From contig PQAE01000010.1 of NCBI GenBank assembly GCA_003104935.1, positions 13,768 through 77,767 of the forward strand: a stretch of 64,000 nt of DNA, in the 5' to 3' direction. The notes beneath the pieces were generated by a model, which was given only the letters and a program-made list of their open reading frames with translations, did no database searches and was not told where the DNA came from. The stretch is from Parcubacteria group bacterium. Its GTDB lineage: Bacteria; Patescibacteriota; Patescibacteriia; UBA1558; GWA2-36-10. Of this stretch, positions 58,801 to 64,000 are shown in pieces; position 1 is the first letter of the stretch, and every line of letters begins with the position of its first letter. The position numbers and the translations under genes were made by a program.

Positions 58801-61800
58801 GGCTGAGCCATTGCCCGCACCAACCTGTGTTCCCTCCACATGCACGGCCAAGGTCTCATTGCCGTTAAAGGTGGAACCGGCCGACGGGCCGGCTAAAACA
58901 GTATCATTATTAGCGGCGCCAGTAATAGCCAGATTAGCCGGATTGCTGGAGGTCCAGGCAATCGTATCAATAAAAGCCGGATCAAGCTCTGTGCCACTGA
59001 CATCATAAGGCGTAACCTTATACTGGTGCTGATTTCCGGCAGTAGCAATATCTATATCTCCCGGACAATCATTGAAAGAGCAGGTAAATCTGTCAGTACT
59101 GGGTTCAACCAAAGTAAAACTGATCTGACAAATATTGCTACCGGTTTTAAAATTCCAGCCATAGCCGTCAATCGGACCGCCGTCAAGATTGATTTGTGGC
59201 AAGGCTCCCAGCCGGAAAATACCGCCCAGTTCTTTGCTCCGGATTGTACCCTTTACCAACACGGCATAATTTGTATCACCCCTCATCATGTTGTTGGGAT
59301 GAAAAGTCACCTTGCTATCCAAATCCTGGTGCGGTGCTTCCATTGCCATCAAAGGCGGCAGATCCAAATCTTGCACACTAAATGTTCCCGGAAATTCACA
59401 CCACCATTTTCCGGGAGTAACCAGATTATCCGGTATGCAACCAGCCGCGAAATTATCGGCCTGTTCATAAACTACCGTGGAGTTCCGGACACTGTCCGCT
59501 GTGACCGGCGAAGAAAATTCTATTGTCACCGCGGCATTCATGCAGGCGCCCGGTCCGATCGGAGGGCTGAATCTCTGGATGGAAAAATCAAAACTGCCGG
59601 GTAAAGCCACCTCAAAGTCGCTTTCAGCAGAACGATTTAAAGCATTTTGGGTAATAATACCCCTTACTTTGGTTCGGCCGACACCAGTAGATTTTACTGG
59701 ATTGACATCCAAATTAACATTAGGAACAAAAACTACTGCCACATTATCAGATTGCCAACTATAACTACAGTTCGTACAGTGGATCTGCTGGATACCGCAA
59801 TTCAAGTTTTGATTATTTGTCGCTATTAATGAGTAGGGTACGTCTTCCATTAACATCGTGGATAGATAACTAGCCGGTGAAATCATCGCTCCCGTAACCG
59901 AGCAAGCAGGCGGCTGAGCGATAGTAAATTCCCAAGATTTGTCTGCTCCCAATTGAGCGCCATCTTCGCTTGATACGATTCCACTCACTGTGGCTTTGTA
60001 ACGGTGCCCCAAAACGATTTTGCCGGGGAAGGGAAATATAAGTACGTGCTCATCCCCCATGGTGGTCGCAGTAATGTTTGGTCCTGGAACAGTTAAATCT
60101 TCTAACTTAAATCTTACTTGATTATCTGGCCAAATTGTATCGGTAAACAACAACCGCTGATTAAACTGCACATAAATATCCGCATTTGAGCAGGCCCCGT
60201 CGCATTGCGGACCAAAACCAAGTATTTGCAAAGGTTTGACAGTAATCTTGCATTGTTTAGTACCGGCCAGGGGCACAAAAGTATTATTCTGGTCAGAAGC
60301 GGTAACTTTTATTTCTAGATTATTCGGATCAGTTTTACTCCCTCCGGTCAACACACTGGATCCTCTTGGGGTGAAGTTATTATTGGCCGGCAGGACAGTG
60401 TTTGCGGGCGGGTTTAGCGAAGGATCAATAGTCTTAACCCAAGTCCAATTATAATTACCACCGCAGATATTACAACTGTCATCGGTCAGCCAGGCGCTAA
60501 GATTTGTAGTCCGGCCTTTAAGGGTAGTACAGTTATTCGGACCCATATATACTTGCGTCGGCACACAGGCATCGCTAGCAACTCGGGTCTTAAAATGCCA
60601 GGCTGGAGCTGGTTCTCCCGGCGGGTTTGGCCAGACGTCGCCACCCACTGCGGCGTGGAACTTATTGCCGCCGCCCAGATCCACCCGATACCAAGTATCC
60701 GGCTCTAAACCGGGATTGGGGCTAAACGCCATACCTTCTTCGTCAGTATTGTTATTCACTATGTCCGCGGGGTCAAAGGGATCGTGAGGTACGGAGCCGC
60801 CGGCACAAGCGGCATTATCAAAAGGATTATGAGCCGCGCCGCCCCCGGGATTACATTTTATGACTTGAAAATTATTTTCATCAAGGAGATCAATATCGGC
60901 CACATCTCTGGTAAAATGAATCACCACCTTTGTACCCACATAAGAATCTAAAGAACTGTAACCGGATTCACCGTCCGGCCAGGGCGTGGGCGTCTGATAG
61001 GACAAGCCCGGCTCACCACAATAATTATACCTCAGACGAAACGGCTCAGGTTCGGTGCGGAAAGTCCAGGGATACTCGCATTGATTAGGCACGGGTTGAC
61101 AACTATTAGCGCAATATTTCCCGGCATTACCCTCACAGCAATGGTCTAAGCCGGCATTTTGTACGCACCACTGATCATTGGGGCAATCACCTACTCTGAA
61201 ATTAATCGGGTTGCTTTCCTTATTAGTACTGTTATTGACCACCACCGTAGCGCCAGTCTGCGCTCCCAGGGGCACTTTGGCCTCGCCGATCTGCTGTCCG
61301 TTCCACCAGGAAAATGGAGGGACCGCTAATTTGTTTTCATAAAATTTAACTGACGGCTGGATATTGCCGAAATTATCGCCGTAAAAATTTACTTCCGTAT
61401 TGATCGGTCCGTTATCCGGGACTATGGCACACAATCCGGGAATCAGCGCATTAGCATTATTAACGGTAAAGTTATAGGGCTGGCTAACGGCGTTATCCGG
61501 AGCCCTGATCACCCGCACTTGCTGTAGATTATTGACGCCGGCGGGAATCTTGACGATGATGCGGTCGCTACGCCAGATACTATCTCGGCATTGGGGCGGA
61601 AATGTAAAATCTCCATTTACGGCGTTAAAGGTCACCCGGCCCTGTTGATTGCCAAAACGCGCACCCATAATGGTCACATACTGGCCCGGCGGCGGATCAT
61701 CGTCCGGTAGGATACTGTTAATTACCGGTAATCCCCCGCCAACCGTCTGCACAGTAAAGGGCAGTGAGTTGCTTTTTTCATTACTGCCGTTGTCTTTTAC

Positions 61801-63426
61801 CTGCATAGCGACCGTGCCACCTTGCAAGTTGGGCACATCCGTAGTGGCATCGATAGCATTGACTACATTATTATTATCACCGCTAATCCCGCCAAATAAG
61901 ATATCATCTCCCGGAGGACCAGGATTAAAATTATTTCCGGAAAGACTTACAGCCGTGCCAAATAATCCGGTGAGCGGATCTACTTTGCACAAACCTGGCC
62001 TGATAATTCCATCTTCATTAAAAGGTACGGCATTGCTGTCAACATTAGCCGCTGTTGTCAAATTAACCTGGCCGTCGGCTGTCCCTACTGGAACTTTGAC
62101 TATTATGTAATTATCATGCCAATAGTCATTGACACATTGGGGATGATTCGGAATGCCGGCCAAAATAGGATTGCCATCACCGTCAGAAAAATAAACACTT
62201 CCGAGGGCAATGCCAAAGTTTGAACCATAGATAGTTATCATGTTGCCGACCGTGCCTTTATCAGGGTCCAAACTATCTATGTGCGGACCAGTAGAACTGG
62301 TAGCGCACACAGCCGCCGCTCGGCAAGAATTGGAGACACAGCAACCGCTGTCGCAGTCGCCTGGATCGGCGCAAGTCACCGTAAAATATTCCGCATTACT
62401 GTCTACACCATTGGCTTTAACTTTTACAAAACCGGAAATAGCGTCATTTTTCAAATCAAAAACAATCTGACTGTCGCTCCAGGAAGTAATATTGGGATCA
62501 CCCACAGTGGTCGGGGTTATATCCATCAAAATCTGATCACCGGCCGCGCCGCCTAACCGGACGCCGTCTATAGTAACGCCGACAGTATTGCGCGGTCCCG
62601 AGTTGGGAGTAATATCACAAATTCCCGGTCCGGGAACAGAGTTATCAATATGGAAATTTGGACCAAGATCCGGCCACTCGTCTAATCTATTTAGGGCGAT
62701 ATTGCCTACTCTGATATTATAATCTCCCGGCACTGGCTGACCTGCGGCGGTAACATCAGGAACCTGCACCACGACCTTCCACTTGTTTCCATTGGGACCC
62801 CAGCTGGGAGCATTATTGGTGCACATCACTATCTCTGCCCGAACAGGCGGTAACACGCCGCTAAAAAATTCTACGTAACTATTGGCCACATCATAAATGC
62901 CAAAATTCCAACCGGTGATCGTCACCCAGGTGCCGGCGCCGCCACTGGTCGGTCCGACTGTACAAATCAATAAATCATTAGCATTAGCTGGTTCAGGACA
63001 AGGATCCGACCCTGATCCACCTGGTCCACCTGGACCTCCGCCCCCGACATTTATCCCATTATACAAACTCTGCACCACAAAGCGGGATATCGCGTAGGCC
63101 GAAAGAATGATGGCCAGACCGATTACTGCCGAAATAATTATAAGCTTAGCTTTTTGGATTTTATCCGGCGCTCCTTTGGAAGTCATCCAGATAAAACCGC
63201 CGTACAAAATGATGATTACCGCCACCACCCCTAAAAAGCCCAAGGCAACATTGATCAGTCCGGCGACCGAAGTGACCAAGTCCCGGTTTCCCAGTCGCAC
63301 CCCCTGCTGGACTAGATCATTGACGCCGTAGTATGTATCGGCGTTGTTGGCCGCCAGAGCTACCCGGCCAAAGATGAACTGGCCGAGGACTAGAAGCGGA
63401 CTGAAAAATGTTAAAAAGTATTTCAT
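52831..63426 (-). CDS. giant (about 3,533 aa) secreted multidomain protein: signal peptide, two-helix pilin-like membrane hairpin, Gly/Pro linker, six or more IPT/TIG domains, about 12 Cys-rich 'CGDG...EECD' repeats, large C-terminal region
   Basis: Start chosen at MKYFLTFFSPLLVLGQFIFGRVALA (63426; ORF-track start 63477 overlaps the upstream gene). IPT/TIG signatures (LCTVGPTSGGAGTWVTITGWNFG, HIDSLDPDKGTVGNMITIYGSNFG etc.). Repeats YCGDNTIQPNYERCEGN, CGDGHWDQGVEECDY, WCGDGTTQNLNNEQCDPNG, CGNGIPEPGEDCDW, etc. Confidence 0.7.
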   Translation of the reverse strand: MKYFLTFFSPLLVLGQFIFGRVALAANNADTYYGVNDLVQQGVRLGNRDLVTSVAGLINVALGFLGVVAVIIILYGGFIWMTSKGAPDKIQKAKLIIISAVIGLAIILSAYAISRFVVQSLYNGINVGGGGPGGPGGSGSDPCPEPANANDLLICTVGPTSGGAGTWVTITGWNFGIYDVANSYVEFFSGVLPPVRAEIVMCTNNAPSWGPNGNKWKVVVQVPDVTAAGQPVPGDYNIRVGNIALNRLDEWPDLGPNFHIDNSVPGPGICDITPNSGPRNTVGVTIDGVRLGGAAGDQILMDITPTTVGDPNITSWSDSQIVFDLKNDAISGFVKVKANGVDSNAEYFTVTCADPGDCDSGCCVSNSCRAAAVCATSSTGPHIDSLDPDKGTVGNMITIYGSNFGIALGSVYFSDGDGNPILAGIPNHPQCVNDYWHDNYIIVKVPVGTADGQVNLTTAANVDSNAVPFNEDGIIRPGLCKVDPLTGLFGTAVSLSGNNFNPGPPGDDILFGGISGDNNNVVNAIDATTDVPNLQGGTVAMQVKDNGSNEKSNSLPFTVQTVGGGLPVINSILPDDDPPPGQYVTIMGARFGNQQGRVTFNAVNGDFTFPPQCRDSIWRSDRIIVKIPAGVNNLQQVRVIRAPDNAVSQPYNFTVNNANALIPGLCAIVPDNGPINTEVNFYGDNFGNIQPSVKFYENKLAVPPFSWWNGQQIGEAKVPLGAQTGATVVVNNSTNKESNPINFRVGDCPNDQWCVQNAGLDHCCEGNAGKYCANSCQPVPNQCEYPWTFRTEPEPFRLRYNYCGEPGLSYQTPTPWPDGESGYSSLDSYVGTKVVIHFTRDVADIDLLDENNFQVIKCNPGGGAAHNPFDNAACAGGSVPHDPFDPADIVNNNTDEEGMAFSPNPGLEPDTWYRVDLGGGNKFHAAVGGDVWPNPPGEPAPAWHFKTRVASDACVPTQVYMGPNNCTTLKGRTTNLSAWLTDDSCNICGGNYNWTWVKTIDPSLNPPANTVLPANNNFTPRGSSVLTGGSKTDPNNLEIKVTASDQNNTFVPLAGTKQCKITVKPLQILGFGPQCDGACSNADIYVQFNQRLLFTDTIWPDNQVRFKLEDLTVPGPNITATTMGDEHVLIFPFPGKIVLGHRYKATVSGIVSSEDGAQLGADKSWEFTIAQPPACSVTGAMISPASYLSTMLMEDVPYSLIATNNQNLNCGIQQIHCTNCSYSWQSDNVAVVFVPNVNLDVNPVKSTGVGRTKVRGIITQNALNRSAESDFEVALPGSFDFSIQRFSPPIGPGACMNAAVTIEFSSPVTADSVRNSTVVYEQADNFAAGCIPDNLVTPGKWWCEFPGTFSVQDLDLPPLMAMEAPHQDLDSKVTFHPNNMMRGDTNYAVLVKGTIRSKELGGIFRLGALPQINLDGGPIDGYGWNFKTGSNICQISFTLVEPSTDRFTCSFNDCPGDIDIATAGNQHQYKVTPYDVSGTELDPAFIDTIAWTSSNPANLAITGAANNDTVLAGPSAGSTFNGNETLAVHVEGTQVGAGNGSARINMFMCARPWPVPVGPTWTPWQDGLAATDYHFETFYCMAQTATSPVLPELPYFWSFRRQPPNTSDPNILQENIFFVDPPATALNNQNAAPLALGTLARNTGDQSQQTSWWKKISSLFRPERVEGAAGPGPAPTNFAYSLVGTGPSAQLKLTWNGVSTLGYVVQRKLPTDLNWTDRANLGPGVFEFIDVDPNGIHTGDTYNYRVGAAYPTQYVFTGIITVSNFNTNLTTQDIIGIRVMTNPTQMSITDWYNRIAPNSGNAGAVTEVDGYEALTIGGTTYIAGTNVLNAGVGDLYTNIYVIAHNIGARQATIDIYNQLIDNIRFNTNLTQNNNNICSLDNSVNCTEDSECLINEGRDYVGPCQSQGLKLRRDMKRLGHMLEIQNLMVDYGRNNKICNDPTAQSCLQDSDCQGACVNSYPTLSSGSYVRGISNSSWPLSWDGTLEEALGTSLPQDPINKFAGCANPPDAKYDPNTCWNEINQKFKCSDNTPLYTYNYFYKNLLSTDYRIADNFEYDVLQPGFWAGNLILVSGQRGVENIEDPYGAKHLVSRLTPGFCGFMGHFGEPPTNSCGNHIMDPGEQCDGNYTEFACDTALGNQNWWNEHRIGCYPPGYRDSNGNLLQCRWFVPDPPLDAAACGGYCGDNTIQPNYERCEGNNFNNVYYSCPNNGAVACTGCQAVCPASGNILASACGDGHWDQGVEECDYSGNPDGLVNMSCTAGGVISCNAQCQRTCDVGMPSNFVCMNNLWEQAAGEPCDPTDWTPLPPAQSPITHPYTCSNVCTTTGQPYCGDGVQQSGFGENCDGVYTPPSPAQSSDSRQYECHSCQTNIAGGHCQDGILQPAYETCEPALYISPPPIVSREAKQYKCSNACLPNTGGWCGDGTTQNLNNEQCDPNGSDFQGWVCTDGQPILCNNDCTRRCNPPGLPTNAVCGNGIPEPGEDCDWASYPALVAPKDSSLAHQYKCKNIAPNACTFIEGYCGDNIINDGQALPGHGSDHGEICESGTYVAPAPKDSDANHRYQCGTAPNANACQPTSGGYCGSGQPPDAAFGETCDPNGFVAPAPAQAMDATHQYGCVAAPNADACKQVIGGWCGDNTVNGAQEECDNAAGLAGWSCPSGAPISCAVCVRDCPGAEIPVNVVCNNGILEAGEDCEPPANPRPGVTPQNSTIANQYVCGALATPTACKWENKYCGNSVAEMGYGEECDPNGYVGPTPQVSTIAFQYACGAVTTALACKDTGGYCGDNIKNGTEYCDGTSWVRTPATAINNANQYECSTAAADKCTVSIGGWCGDGIVQAIHNEQCDGTADCSPTCTYTCVADVNNYPSGVVSTANVTFGNYWYQNFDFNIDNNSAYFTPGWTNVIHGNVIPGINVIYNAAQGWGFDPAVNPDTFGIGGRTRTVGTTMTRDYLRRGGALGAGDPRGYPIFKIKVPANGAYGVTVYRGDTEDVTTFPTKMDVEESGITIGTVNAQVGLNVTKSTEMIANVNDGFLDLRLDTDPYCPLRNCNWGINGLEVRQIVPNTGNYVSLNNGQNSTINLPQCRVSGDVVTNAWIDSGSAGTTFAIIAVANSIQGQTCVADGNVGVGDVWNPPFANDCTQTNLNNPLISSDDHYGRPNDKTMIQAMQFSLSTILLNMHNADPTMDVAMIHYGAGDPTMGGACTWGCGVLGSDFSIVNDNLYYSFSQYLNIGAAIAPMVGWANNYHGAYINDPATGDYSDPSDMLSYAKVLFTQANPLYDNLMLVVLDSGKKLPGLDNTYIGEWNSGIEPAKIDDLKAMGVKVVTLDFYHFGTTGGNIWTRYEGVLNAVSSNNCVCGADTNFCYTPAGTCGNGVVDCGAQQGVKTAPLYWTPNPAWLDQPLNTEECDGQPGCGANCKWIDRSKARKFSVREDSSVATGWLLAPPVGVFSSASNLTSVEVNSGSGWTSISLPAVMPGWTNNIHLDTRSLYTGGMCDAVDPPNNLPFSVRFNAGASPNASILFNQGTVGGTYNYCHW

Positions 63427-63436
63427 TTTATTTTTA

Positions 63437-64000
63437 TTATGAACCTTGGCAAAAATTTCCGGCGCAGGGCCCGTCATCGCAACGACAACTGGCGTCGGCC
63501 GCTTGGCATATACAAGGAAACCAACAATTTTGCAGATTATCTTTGATGCCGGCCGTCATCAGCGGATGATAGTCGGTTAGTGGCTTAAAACGGTCATGGT
63601 GGATTAATACTGTCTTGCCGTCAGTATCCAGGCTTGTCCAAAAATTTAATGGTACTGCCGGATCCTCAACCAAATCAATATTAGGACTCTTGATTGAGCT
63701 GGATAATAAATTTTTACTAAACTCCACTTTTACTGCCTCCGTCAAAGAAGCGCCATTAGTCGGGTCCATCTTGGACACAACCGGGGCATTTAGGTCTACA
63801 GAATTAGTGGTATTAAACAACCATTCATAGTTATCGCCCGGGGTGCCGTCATCGTTGCCGTCCAGTTTATTGCCGGCCATGTCCCGAATCACCGCCCCTT
63901 TAACCGTACCGTCAATCTGCTGAGACTGAGGCAGGCAAAAGACATCGCCGCCGCAGGAGTTTTGTCCGCAAAGCAGATCGGTGATAAATTCTACGGTCCG
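63437..64000 (-). CDS. C-terminal part of another large surface protein (bacterial Ig-like domain, Cys-rich C-terminus), partial
   Basis: Frame open to window end; ...VIRDMAGNKLDGNDDGTPGDNYEWLF... (Ig-like 'DxAGN' signature) ... CICQAADASCRCDDGPCAGNFCQGS*; stop 8 nt before the giant gene start. Confidence 0.45.
   Translation of the reverse strand, partial: RTVEFITDLLCGQNSCGGDVFCLPQSQQIDGTVKGAVIRDMAGNKLDGNDDGTPGDNYEWLFNTTNSVDLNAPVVSKMDPTNGASLTEAVKVEFSKNLLSSSIKSPNIDLVEDPAVPLNFWTSLDTDGKTVLIHHDRFKPLTDYHPLMTAGIKDNLQNCWFPCICQAADASCRCDDGPCAGNFCQGS

Noticed and set aside
53000-62556. Numerous + strand ORFs (up to 388 aa, e.g. 54673..55839, 59026..59604, 61649..62110) inside the giant gene
   Set aside because: All are antisense to one continuous 3,533-aa minus-strand ORF with clear domain content. 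Their translations are low-complexity (Gly/Ile/Arg/Ser/Thr runs) typical of antisense frames of a Gly/Cys/Thr-rich gene. No start-site signals.
1-64000. CRISPR arrays, transposases/IS elements, rRNA or tRNA genes
   Set aside because: No regularly spaced direct repeats, no transposase-like ORFs or terminal inverted repeats, and no cloverleaf/T-loop (GGTTCGAATCC-like) signatures found in any intergenic region.

Overview
This 64-kb window looks like a gene-dense, mostly minus-strand region from a small-genome bacterium. A complete ribosomal-protein supercluster runs rpsL-rpsG-fusA-[inserted island]-tuf-rpsJ-rplC ... rpsE-rplO-secY, followed by adk-map-ruvX. L30 (rpmD) is absent. Several ribosomal proteins carry extensions, and L24 has a C-terminal C4 zinc ribbon. 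Giant Cys-rich, IPT/TIG-rich and Thr/Ser-rich surface proteins flank the core genes. Together these suggest a CPR/Patescibacteria-like organism; this is an inference, not a database result. Other core genes are ftsA-ftsZ-nrdR, prfB (no programmed frameshift), ybeY, dgkA, ndk, rpmB, split comEC, a CheY-like receiver, an M50 protease and an ECF sigma/anti-sigma pair. Accessory or unusual content: (i) a 3,533-aa secreted giant protein (pilin-like N-terminal membrane hairpin, six or more IPT/TIG domains, about 12 'CGDG..EECD' Cys-rich repeats), next to tandem thrombospondin-type-3-like Ca-repeat membrane proteins; (ii) two tandem Wzy_C(O-antigen-ligase-like)+TPR membrane proteins beside a 1,249-aa Thr/Ser-rich S-layer-like protein, a possible O-glycosylation module; (iii) an HtrA-like PDZ protein with all three catalytic residues replaced, near the ECF sigma/anti-sigma pair; (iv) a 2.7-kb AT-rich island inserted between fusA and tuf, with a Phd/YefM-like protein, small ORFs, operator-like inverted repeats and a near-consensus promoter driving a 72-nt three-way-junction RNA; (v) three ORF-free minus-strand units of about 230 nt, each with a consensus or near-consensus sigma70 promoter and an intrinsic terminator, which I read as unassigned small RNAs, two of them in tandem upstream of the receiver gene. 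No rRNA, tRNA, CRISPR array or transposase was recognised.
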